Shown: piece after piece, positions 12,401 through 23,770 of the stretch | Layout: every line of letters starts with the position of its first letter | Numbering within the stretch: the stretch's first letter is position 1 | Assembly (NCBI GenBank): GCA_046563655.1 | Contig: CM102286.1 | Coordinates: 12,276,001-12,340,000 of the forward strand | DNA length: 64,000 bases | Direction: 5' to 3' | Source of the DNA: Yuukianura sp. NJ FZ-2021 | Lineage: Eukaryota | Translations under genes and position numbers: made by a program | Notes under the pieces: model-generated | Told to the model about the DNA's origin: nothing | The model's input: only the letters and a program-made list of their open reading frames with translations | Database searches by the model: none

Positions 12401-15400
12401 CTGTGCTCGTGTGTCGGGTCCTAGTTTTGGCCAGCCCTCCAGCGCAATTCTTTCGGCTTTAGTCATGTCCGGCCTCTTCTCATGGGAAAGTGGAACACCA
12501 TCGTCTAGAATCAAATGAAGAAAAAATGTCACTTGGCAACCCACTACATCCCATGACGCTTTCAGTGCTCAAACGAGGACAAAACTTTATTTTAAAAGGC
12601 GGGTGACAGACATACAGCAAAGACTTTCACATAAAATTCCTTACCACCCAACGGAATTGGATCTGAAATCTCAAGGTAGAACAAAACGTCCTTCTCATAA
12701 CTGTCTTCTTCAATAATTGGAATTAGGATGACTTTTCTGCAAAAGAGAAGAAAAAGGAAATTATTAAAAATCACATGCTGGTGGGAACTAATCAATAAAA
12801 TTTTGAGGCACAACGCACTCAATTACGGTGAAAATTACCACATACGTGGTCCCTCATAATTTCAAGTAAAATTGAAATTCGATAATTTTGAATTTCAAAT
12901 GAACAATTTTCAGTTTGCTGGAAAGCGACCTTATTTCACTTTTATTTTTGTTAAAACTCGATAAAGTTTAAATGTTAGGTTAAAATTTAAAAAAAAATCA
13001 TTCTCAAAATTTGTTGGAGAAAAAACTTAGTTTTTCATTTTTTTAACACCTTTCATCTTGAATTTTTCAACATCTTTCTAAAACTAGGCAAAACTTAACA
13101 AAAATCTCTCAGGAATTGGAAACTATTTTCAAACCAAAAATTCAAAAAAGAATAAGAAATTTTGAAAAGTATTAAAAATGCTTACTCTGTTTCATTGTTT
13201 TCAAACAGCAGATTTCCTTCAACGTGTTCGTAATCTTTTCCCGCTTTGGCTGTTCCCTCTATTGTTGCATACGGAACCCAAACTTTCCCGCGTGCGCCGC
13301 TCCACCTACTGATTTTCAGTTCGAGGTGTCCAACGGATTCCACCGTTTCTATGTCCTTGTCCACCACGTTAAAGATTCCGCCATGGTCATCGTCCAGAAT
13401 CATAACAGTAGCAAGGAATGGATGCACTAATTTTACATCACACTGATTCTGTTTCAGTTGATTCCCTGATCCACCGTTGGCGTTAACTCCACTAAGCCTC
13501 CTCTGTGCTAAGCGCGCATGATTCAACCGAATGTAGAAGTGCTCATCCTCTTCAAACACGTCGTCATCAAGTACTTGGATGCTGATTTTCCTTAGAGTTT
13601 CGCCTGGGCCGAAGGTCAAAGTTCCCTCGACCGGAATATAGTCAGCTTCGGCCGAAGCTGTGCCATCTTCCGTTTCGTAGTCAACGAGAACGACTTGGTT
13701 CAGGTCACCACCGTGACGCCTCACCGTGACATCAAAGGTTCCCACGCTTTCCATGACAGTATAATGTGGTGGATCAAAGAATACAGTAGTAAGGTGTGGA
13801 TCGACAGGTTTCTCAATGTCTTCGGTTGGAGTATCAAGCTGATCTGTCGATTCCGAAGCTGCTCGCAGCATCCGTTTCATGAGATTCTGCCCCGAAGTGA
13901 GTTTGCGCGTAGCTTGCATTCTGTAAAACGCTCGACTTTTAGGCCCTTTGTTCAGAATTTCTTCCCGAGCTAAGGCTTCAAGGGCCTCCGTTTCTGCATT
14001 CGGGTGTTTCTTTCTTAATTCTCGCAGCATTTTAATATAATCTCGTCGGTTTTGTTCAAATTCTCGGATATCGTCGTTCAAGAACTCCTCGTCGAAGACT
14101 TTAAGTCCACTTTCCGCCATTCCGGCCATCTCCATGTGAGCCTCACCTTCTACAATAAGTCCCCGCTTGTTCAATCGGTACCCTTTGCTCAAATACTTGT
14201 AGATCAAGAGCCTTCGGTCAGCAATGTAGGCTGTAATGACTGTGGCAGGGAAGAAGAGAAAAGTGACTAGACCTTCCCAAATGTCAACAACGCCTGGAGT
14301 TGTGACCTTCAGAATTACGAGGAGCCAAATGTAGGCAAAGATTGACCACGTAGCAGTTACAAAAAACACTCGAAGATGCTTTATCCTCCGAACTTCACCT
14401 TCTGGAATTACGTAGACACAAATGGCAATAATAATAAAGAGGTTGAAAGCGGCACTTCCAACAATGGTCCCAGGGCCAAGTTCACCAGAGTTAAAGTTCT
14501 TTCCAATAATTTCTATGACAGAGAGGAGGATTTCGGGGGCTGAAGATCCTAGAGCCATCAGCGTCAAATTTGCTACAGTTTCTGAAAATCAAACCAAAAA
14601 CAAGAAAAAATTTACAAATAAAAATAAAAAAAATTATGACAGTGGAACTCCTCATTGCGAAATTCTTAGCTCCGCCTCTCATGACGGCGGGATACCATAA
14701 AACTTCAATTTTTGTAGAGATTTGGCATAAAAAAAGACGCTGTGGATGGTAAGTGTTTAGTTAGAGACAAACCAACCAATCAGACCGCGTTTCGCAATGA
14801 GAGCTTTTGGTGTAAGTTTGGAGGCAAACGTGTTTGTAAAAGTACATACAAAAGTACATACATTTGTATTACAAATATACAAATACTAAAGTTCGAAAGA
14901 AAGCAAGTATACTATTAAAAATCTTTTTGGAAAACAGCGATTTTTTTGTTTTAGAAGTGCAACGATGACCTAATAGTGGTACCACTCTACTGGTCGGAAT
15001 ACGTATTCCGATACGCAATGTTTAGCCACAGACTTCCTGTGATTGTGATCAATTATCAGTTTAATAGGAAGCTAATAATATTTTGTTTTGTTACGTTTTT
15101 GAATGAAAATTGAAATTTATCCTCATCTACATTAGAATTTTCTTATAAGTTAAGAAATTTTGTACTTAAAGGGTTGGGCTTAATTATTACAATTAAGCTC
15201 TAGACATAGACGAACACAAGCAAAGAATTTCCCCCTAAATTAGTCACGCATAGTCGGTTTAGTCTGGATAAAATTTTCGTATGTTTGGTCACAATGTTAG
15301 TACAGGGTGGGTTCGTATATTTGTTACCCAAGTGAGACGAAAAGAAAGCCTCACATGCGTTTTAAATGAGAAGAGTGAGAGGAAGAGAAATGTGGGTAAA

Positions 15401-16301
15401 CAAATATACGAGCCCAACCTGTATCTGTATTTTCTAAAAAAGAAAAATTAAATATCAATTTAGTTTTACTTTCTCCTTACCATTCCAAACCCGTACAACT
15501 ACAATTTGGACTTCGCCGTTTGGTCTCCTGACCGTAATTTCCTTTTCTTTTGATGTGATTACTTCGATTGATCCCATAAATCTGTCTGATATGATTGAGA
15601 CTCCAATGAACATGTACAGCATTGCCAGAAAGTAGACGACTCCACGAGCAATTTTTTCTCCAGGGTCTAAGTTAATTAAAAGAGACGGTGAGTGAAACGT
15701 ACTCTGATTCTAGAAATTATTCGTACCGTTACTGTAACGGAACCTCTAAGAATCCGTTCTTATTTTTTACAATTGAGCAAAACATGTCTCTGGAACGGAT
15801 TCTGACTAGGGCTCGTGACAAACAGCAGAAGTAGCATTAATTTAAACCGTCGAACTCGTTCAGAACAAGTTTTGACCACCACTTCCTATGTTCACACTCA
15901 GGCCATATTTTCAGAACAAAGATAGCGATGTTTAGAACGTGTTCAGAACGAAGTTAGCGATGTTTAGAACATGTTCAGAACAACCATAACGATGTCTAGA
16001 ACACATCGTTAAGTCCGATTCATTTTGTTTCGAATTGTTTCACTTTGTTTAAAACTGCACAATACGTTGCACCCAGAATACAAAACGCACCGTCATGAAC
16101 CTACAGTACCAGTATTATAGCTAGAATCGTTTTCTAGAATCAGAGTACGTTTCACTCACCGTCTTTAAATTGCGGTTGCCATACCGGAAGGATAAGTCCC
16201 TCTTGACACCCCTTCTGTTCAGCTACTTGCAGAACAGAGAGATTAAGGAGCAGGGTCACCACGCCACCCACTGGAATTGGCCCCACCCCCTCCAACTCCA
16301 T
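9428..16301 (-). CDS. Na+/Ca2+ exchanger paralog C, the most canonical Calx/NCX-like copy, complete. First coding exon is split by a transposon-derived intron at 15667-16159
   Basis: Probable ATG 16301 ([19 protein letters not shown]...[13 protein letters not shown]). Exons 16160-16301, 15481-15666, 13186-14581 (GSSAPE, XIP region [14 protein letters not shown], Calx-beta domains), then seven further exons ending YIEGF* at 9428. Confidence 0.93.
14640..14812. mobile_element. MITE, same family as 24819-25128
   Basis: Inverted ctcattgcgaaa / tttcgcaatgagag. The right part (accaatcagaccgcgtttcgcaatgagag) matches the reverse complement of 24827-24860. Confidence 0.6.
15301..15423. mobile_element. 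Tc1/mariner-type MITE with TA target-site duplication
   Basis: TA-CAGGGTGGGTTCGTATATTTGTTACCCA ... TGGGTAAACAAATATACGAGCCCAACCTG-TA; ~28-bp imperfect TIRs. Confidence 0.8.
15683..16164. mobile_element. Non-autonomous TIR DNA transposon (TTAA target, AG...CT termini; Kolobok-like) inserted in the NCX-C coding exon and predicted to be spliced out
   Basis: Perfect 34-bp TIRs: agacggtgagtgaaacgtactctgattctagaaa (15683-15716) and its reverse complement (16131-16164). TTAA at 16165-16168 and at 15672-15675/15676-15679. The NCX reading frame is continuous across the reconstructed empty site. Confidence 0.88.
15910..16003. repeat. ~32-bp tandem repeat x3 internal to the TIR element
   Basis: Unit ~gttcagaacgaagttagcgatgtttagaacat repeated head-to-tail without spacers. 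Confidence 0.8.
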
Positions 16302-16341
16302 CTCACCCAAGGTTCCTATAGCAACGAAATAGTTTTCTTTA

Positions 16342-16548
16342 ACAGGTTAGGCAATAAGTACGTTCGTCAAAAAATCTTGCGGCCAACAACCCCGCCCCCC
16401 CCCTCCCGTTTTCCTCCAGTCCCAGTCCCATATTCGATTACATACAAATCATTCATCGTCATAGACAATAACGGGAGGGGGGGGGGGGGCAAGTTTGCTA
16501 ATTATTTTTTAACAAAATTTAGAGAGTTCGAGTTATTGCCTAACCTGT
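16342..16548. mobile_element. Foldback/MITE-like element in the NCX-C 5' intron
   Basis: Perfect 16-bp inverted ends acaggttaggcaataa / ttattgcctaacctgt, plus an inner inverted pair gccccccccctcccgtt / aacgggaggggggggg. No clear target-site duplication. Confidence 0.65.
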
Positions 16549-19500
16549 CGAAGAAAAATTTATTCTTGTTTACGAACCTTGATCTCACCACTGACGCTGT
16601 GTTAGGTTCAGGTCACGAGTAGGTCACGGGGTCATGGCCTTGGGGCCTGAATGGCAGCGATTGGTCCATTTCCAGCCGCACTTTAGCACATCAGCTGTCC
16701 TGAATCAAGAACAAAAAGTGTTAAACGATTAAAATGGCCCACTTTTGTCACTGAAAAGACAAGATCAAAGAAATTCAAAAAAAGACTGACGACATTCGAG
16801 CCAAAAAGTTTTACAGCTCTGTACAGCCGTATCACAAAAACCTTCCCAAATTACAACATTCAACATCACGCCGTTGTTGTATTTTGAACTAAATGCCCGG
16901 ATTTCATGTTCCTCTGATATTCTTTAGCTCCATGCCCATGCTTTCGTGTTTGCAGGAAGCTTTGTGCTCTTGCAAAAACCAGCTTCGTTTTTTTCCCGTT
17001 CAGCCAAACCAAAAATTAATGCTCAGCAAAACCTACCCAGGTCGGAGAACTTTTTCAACAAAATTTTGGGACAGTTCCAGAATTTTTTTTTTGTTTTGAA
17101 CCTCGGTGCTTGCTGATGCTAGTTTAAAGAAATCTAAACGTGAATATCCCGCAGTCCAAAAAAGTAAAATAAAGACAATAGAATGATGGGGCGGTGACGC
17201 TGACATACAAAAGCAGAAGAGAATTCAGAAAATAAACTTTGGTGAAAAGACAATAGTCGAAACTTTTTAAACTGGCGTTACTACTCTCTTCTGTGGTTGC
17301 GTCCACAAGGAGTGACTGTTCCGTTCAAAAAGTTTTAGTTTTTTGTAAAGTTAGCACTTCTGTAGAATCCGAGAGCCAAAAAATTTAACTCTGAGACTAA
17401 ATTGAAAACGACTTTGAGAAATTTAGTTCAAGCGTAACAGCGATTTATCTCTTCATTCGTTTTTAACACACTAATGTTATCAACTTAAACAAAATTTTGC
17501 AGCTTTTTTGTTGCATCACAATGCAATCTAAACGTCTAATGAAATGGAAACTCTTCATAGTGCTAAGTGCTAAACAAAATAACTTTTAGACATAGACTGT
17601 CTAGTGTAGTACCTCAGTAGTGTTTGGCATGCATGTCAATATCCACTTGTAATCCATCCATAACATGCCACTTCTTTTACCAACACAATCAAAAAATAGT
17701 CGTCCAAGTTGAAAAGCGTGACCTCTTGAAAGAGAAGTGCTTTTATTGGCCTACTTTTGTGTTTTTAAGACTAGACACAATTTAGGATGCGTCTTAAAAG
17801 CAAAATAGCCGTCAAAAAGCAAAATAGCTGCAAGTCTTTTTAGTAAAATGTTAACAAAACCTAGCCTAACCAAACCTTTCACCAAGCACGCAGCTCCATT
17901 ACCATTTTAAGTCCCCTTTTATAGTTACTCCCACCAAAGCTAACGGTTTTTGTGGACTTTCACTTTAGGGAAACAGGGAACCTGTTCCACTTTTCCTAAG
18001 GCTCCTAAACTCAAAAAAACCAAAAACAAAGCCTTACTTGAAAGCAAATTAAGCTATACGAGAAGACACAAAATTGGAAGAGACAGGAAGCTTAAGCGTG
18101 GCGGGAAGGTTTCAATGGCCTTTTCGTTTTAATACAAAAATATACAAAGCTGGTGTTAGAAAAGGCAATGCATTTTGAATCCCTTTGTTTCATGGAGGTC
18201 GTTTTCTGCAGTGTCTCAAATTTTAGTAATTCGGTTTTCCTGTGTTCTCTGAATACTAAAATTTCTCAAAACCCAAATCCCCTTAGTGCCACACAGGGGA
18301 CTTTCTCTATTCAAAAGCTGTGTTAAAAAGTAAAGCCCCAATTCATTTCTCATTTGGCAATTTTAAACTACAAACAAGAAACAAAGTGGTGCTCTAATTT
18401 TTATTTTCCCACTTTCCACTAAATGACTAAATTACATATTTTGTTTCTAGTTTTTCAACTGCTGTGCTGTTTCTAGTTTTCTCACAGCCTATTTCTTTTC
18501 TACTTTTTTTCAAAAACTATTTTTGAAAGACCTGTTTATTGCTTTAGTTCCATATAATGTGTAGGCTGGAATTGAAAGTAACGAGATCCTGTAAAACGAA
18601 TAAACGAAGCCATAGAGCAACTGTAGAAGGCCAAATGTCACAGAATAAACATTTTAGATTGAAAGTCAGCGTATTCGTGGGAGAAAATAAAACGGATTTG
18701 GTTTAAATCGCTTCACTGTCTGTCATGTCACACTTTGAACTTTTAGAGACTCTTTGTTTACAGTATAACAAAAGGTTTTCAGTGAGAACATGCCGCTTTT
18801 ACTGAAAATGACGAAGCGACGGGATCAGCGGTGTCTGGAAGAGAAAGATGGAGCAACAAGCATCACAGTCACACAAAGCGCTGATTCAAAACGAGAGCGA
18901 AAAAAATTTCATTGGGCTTAAAATAATTCGAGACCTAGCAAGAATACCCGGGAATTCAATGAACATATCACAACACCCACCGATTTCTTTTATACAGTAC
19001 AACAGAAGGACACTCTTTGGCCTCCAAAACTACCTGGCCATGAAATCGCCTGCTATTTTCATTTTTATATGTCCAATTTCAACAACAACATTTTTGGCAA
19101 ACAATTCAATTTCGAAAAGAAAAACAAATATTCTGGCCGTAACAGCTCTAATTTGAAATCAATTTGTTCTTTCACAAAATTTTAAATTTTTACATAATTT
19201 AATAAGGATTACAAAGAGCACTAATGCAAAAAAAAAATTCTTTTGTAAATTTCCGAATCGTGCTCCTCTTTCAAAAGAAAATATAATTCAATTTACAAAA
19301 AAGGGTGGGAGATAAAGTTAACTTGCACTTTTGAAAGACACTTCCTCTTTTTTTCAAAATTAAGTTTTGCTTTTTGAAATTTTGAAATTCAATATCAAAA
19401 GAAAGTTTCAATCTATGTATTAGTGTTTAACACTTTCATAAATTTCCAGGGTCACGTGAAAGCACGATTTTTTTTTAGACAAATGCAGAAAATAATTTGT

Positions 19501-20297
19501 CTCCTTTTTGATTTCTTACTAAATTTTCTTTAAAATCGTCCACTTCTACTACATTGCTCTCAACATTGATTAAGTTAAAAAGTAATTAAAAAGTAATTAA
19601 ATAAATTGAGAACCAGAATAATTGAATTTTTCTTACCTGCTGCTATTTCTCGTATCCTTCCGTCGTAAATTGTTTAGGCTGAAGCCGTTGTCGGTTGAGC
19701 AGAAGACGATTATGTCAGACAGAGTTAATTTGGCACAAAACGAAAATGAAGAAGGAAGAGATCTCGCAAAGTCGTGCAGAAGCCGCCGGAATTTTCCTAT
19801 TGGCTCAACACATTGAGCGTCCAAACCCAGCAAGGCTTTCCGCTTCGTTTATTTGTGAAAGATTAAATACTACAAATAAACAGAAAAGTGAAAATTAGTG
19901 CTTTTTTTACTTGTTTATGATTTTTGGAACTTAAAAATAAAGTCTAAAGGCCGATGTGACCAAAGCCGAAACTTTTTTCTTCCTAAAAAGTTAGATTTTT
20001 ATTCAAAAGGAAAAGAATGAGCGTCTCCTAATGATTTTTAGCAAGAGAAGCGTTTTCGGTGTGTTCAAGCGAAAACGGATTTTAGTGTGTTTCCAAATGT
20101 TAAAATTAGAACAAAAAGTAAAGTGTATATCGTAAGTACAGACAGGAAGGAAGCTTTTCTTCGTTCTCTCCCTGGCAAACAATATTTGTTTCTAAAGATC
20201 CGATTATAAGGTGGGAGCGTGTGTTTCAACTATTTACGTGTACATTGCTTCTTTCCTGGCTCTAGTTTGGTTAGAAGTGTGTATATAATATATGACT

Positions 20298-20445
20298 TAC
20301 CGTAAAACTTCCAATAAACACCCTAGGGAGTTCATCCAAAATTCCTACTTTTGATCCCAACTTTATTCCACTGTTGCATTTTCATACGCCTAAAACTAGA
20401 CTCGGCGTTTGCTAGAAACCGGCGTCTATTAGAAGTTTTACGGTA
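20298..20445. mobile_element. MITE family TA-CCGTAAAAC (Tc1/pogo-like), copy 1
   Basis: taccgtaaaacttccaataaacacc ... ggcgtctattagaagttttacggta; TA on both sides. Two more copies in the window. Confidence 0.8.
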
Positions 20446-21068
20446 CTTTTCTTGTTCTTGATAGATGAAGCTCAAGTGTACTTCTTAAGCTTACGGCTAG
20501 CTTAGGTTGCCCCAACGTTCCAGGAAGAATAATCAGAGTCTAGCAATGCTAAAAGCGTCTTTCGGAACACAACACACCAAAAACTATTTCGGAAAGCTTC
20601 CAAAAGTGAAAAGTCGGTTCGAACGCTGCTCGGTGCTCCCTTCACGCTATCTAACCCCACTACTGTCTTTACTGAAAAAATTTCTGTTTTGGCACTGACA
20701 CTACTGCTTGAACCCTAATAAGGTTTCACTTAAAGAAACACACAAGACACACAACTCTTTACACCGAAAAGACCCAAAAAGCTGCAATCTAAATCTGGGT
20801 TTCTATTCCGTTTGATGTCACAGTTCCGTAGAGTCTTCGTCTATCAAGGCACGAATTCTAAAAACTAAATTTTTTTCAAAGTTTTTTTTTCTAAACAGAG
20901 CTACGCTACGACTTCCTGGGAGAGATAAGGATGACTGTGACTTGTCTAACCAGAACTGCTTAAAAGCACTACTTTAGCGAAAAAAGCTTCCAACCACCTC
21001 CTCGGTCCACAAACTGAAGTCAACTGAAGAAGACAGATTGTGGAAGCGAAATGCTTTCTTTTTAGGTA

Positions 21069-21086
21069 CTCTCTCTCTCTCTCTCT
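21069..21086. repeat. (CT)n microsatellite
   Basis: About 9 CT units upstream of NCX-C. Confidence 0.7.
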
Positions 21087-21569
21087 TCTAGGAAAAGTGC
21101 GGATCCGAGCATGTTTTCATGTCATTTGTAGCTTGTAGCTTGTTAGAATGTCTCATTCTACCTGCTTTTACCTCCGTTCCTCCTCCTTTGCTTTTACTTC
21201 CCTCCAATGAAATTTAGTTTTAGTTGACGACCATTAGATTCCTTGCTAAAATCTTGAGGATGGAGAGCGAAAGCCTGCTTTCTCCATTTTCTCACGTCTC
21301 CAACTCATCATCTAACCTAAACCAAGTCTTCTTGTGCTAACAAGAACGAAATAATGTGGATGAACTTTCATTTTTATAGAACTCAATTATCTCACTGCTT
21401 CCAGCATCAACGCCTAACCTAAAGTAAACGTAAAAGTACATTTCCTCGAAAAACAATATACACAAGTATCGGCAGACGAACTCACGTCCACTAAACTGTT
21501 CGTTCACCTTTGCTCCTCTCAATTGACCTAACGCTTAGGGGTTAAATTGCACAAGTGCTTCTTATATGA

Positions 21570-21660
21570 ACGGCCAGACGGATGGACAGGCAGACAGACG
21601 GACGGACGGGCAGACAGACGGACAGTACGATCCCTGTAAGCGTCTGACGAAACTTAATAA
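21570..21660 (-). mobile_element. Fragment of a DINE-1/HINE-like element with (GACG/GACA)n microsatellite
   Basis: cagacggatggacaggcagacagacggacggac... ending in ttaataa; same microsatellite type as 8541 and 23270. Confidence 0.4.
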
Positions 21661-23269
21661 CGCAGCAGTGATGCTCTGGGAATTTTCATTTTCTGTTTAG
21701 AAAACGTAAAAAAGGAGAAAGTAAAAGTCAGAGCACGGAATCCAATCACGTTTTAAATACTGACTGCAATTGGATAATGAACTACAAAAATTTGGAAAAG
21801 TAGAACCTGACCTCAATTAATTCGGAGTACTTTCACGGAAATCCAATAAAAGAAATTTATGAGGTAGACATTCACTCACTTAACTTCAGCTGTTGCGAAC
21901 ATGACAAAGGACTACAACGACGAAGATGCGAAATAAAAATGTTATGAAGTCGTAAAACCGCTTTCTGGAAGGGTGAAAGGTGACGGAGAAAGCACAAGCT
22001 TGGACAGATACTCACCACACACTATACCAAGGGACGCAGAATTCAATCAAAGAGTTATCCCAAGGTTCCAATTGTGTTGTCTATTTTTTTGTTCGTTAGG
22101 TTAGTCCCACTAGGACTTTTGATCCTACAGCTAGCTGTTTCATTCGTGGCGGCAATGGAGAAAGCACTTTCTCCACAAAAAACTAGTCGCCTTTTAGAAA
22201 AACAGCTTCCAGATCCCATTGAGACTGAACGATAGAAGCTTAAGCGCCGCGGTGAAAGTAGTACGAAAGATGTGCTGCTGCTTCAGAAAGCTGCTAAGCT
22301 CTCCTACCCGGGTTTTGTATGTCAATGTGTGAATGTCAAAGGATGAGATGAGCAGCGAACCAGAAATAACTTTCTAGCAGCCTTGCCACTTTTTAGTCAC
22401 TTCGTTGTTCTTCCAGTCATTCTCATTAGCGTTGTTGCAGAAGTCCTGAAGACTTTCACTTTTTTGGCTTTGAATCCACAGAGTTCATGCTAGAACAAGT
22501 TCCTAATTAGACTCCTTTCCCAAGAGAATTCAATCATTGATGAAGCGGTTCATATACTTGCCTAGAATGAGATGTAAAGTGGATCCACTTGTTTAATAGA
22601 ATTCTGGAGCCGTGGGTTCAATTCCTGCTAGGTGCAAGGTTTTCGCTGCTGCTAGATGCTTGACATGTCTCCAACATTATTAGAAAAAACGGAACAGAAT
22701 TTATAAAAGAGAAAGTAGTGTAAGGAAAAAGCTTTGGAAAAAGACTTCCCAAGTACTTTTCCTGCCCTTGTCTCTCGAACCTAAACATTTTGGCTCAAAG
22801 GAGCCGAATTGAACGGTTTCTCTTGTGATGCTCTCATAGAAAATGCTAGAAACGATAAGATTCAAGTACTTTTCATAGAAAACCTAACCTTTCTGTTCAA
22901 TTTTCTCCCAGAGTGAAGTGTTCTTCTTTTCACCCCACACCAAACTCCGCTCCCGGATGTTGAGAATCAAAAGATAGTTTGATAACGGTGGTGTAAAGAC
23001 GGCGGCGGAAGGGGAAGATATTTATTACGCCGCTTTCACCCAGATTGAAGTCTTGACTTGCCCTGCGCCTTCCCACTTCAAGAACCTGTTGCCAGATAAT
23101 ATGAAAAGTAAAGTTGTACTTGTTCCATTTCCTGACAGTTCCCGAAGTTCAAGAAGCTTCCAAGTTCTTGACGCTTGAAGTTTTAGAAGCTTGAAATTCA
23201 TAGAAGACAGGTTTTGAAGGAAAATCAGTGGAAAAGGAGAGCAAATCAATATTACTTTAAGTGCTTATA

Positions 23270-23632
23270 AAACAAGTAAACCGGAATATTCATAAGTAGC
23301 GATCGGCGAAATGCAGTGAATTGTGCACAGTTAAGTTGACCTTTGACCGGCAGGGTCATCCGATTCAAATAAAAGATATCGATTTCGATTAGATGAATAA
23401 GGTTTGTATAAGTAATTTTCCGTGGTACTGAAGATCAAACCGGTTGACCTTGACCTTTGACCCGGTGGAAGTTGGCCCATCAGGATGATATTCAATAGTC
23501 AACATACCAAAATCATTACGTGAATAGGTGATAAAAACGAATTCCGGAAAAGTTGAGCCGTTTCCGAGATAACTCCCGCAGACGGACAGACAGACAGACA
23601 ATGTTAATACATAAAGTAGCTTCCGCTAATTA
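23270..23632 (-). mobile_element. Helentron-associated / DINE-1-like interspersed element, copy 2
   Basis: (GACA)n tract at 23579-23600 next to cataaagtagc. Colinear similarity with 8541-8840. Minus-strand 3' end ...cttgttt. Confidence 0.6.
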
Positions 23633-23770
23633 ATGAAGGGAGAAAAATGCCAGAACCAAATTTTGCATTAGAGACTTCCAAAAGGTGGATTGATGGTATA
23701 AAAGCAATTTATTATGTGTTAACTTTCTTTCCTATTGACGATCTTCCACCCTCTCATTTCTCCCACGAGG

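Noticed and set aside
15910..16003. 32-bp repeats resembling a CRISPR array
   Set aside because: Head-to-tail units with no unique spacers, inside a TIR element in a eukaryotic gene, and no cas genes.
16170..16622. 150-aa plus-strand ORF with poly-Pro/poly-Gly
   Set aside because: Overlaps NCX-C exon 1 antisense and the C/G tracts of a foldback element; no coding features.
22570..22645. tRNA-like B-box (ggttcaattcc at 22615-22625)
   Set aside because: I could not fold a cloverleaf or acceptor stem; at most a decayed SINE head.
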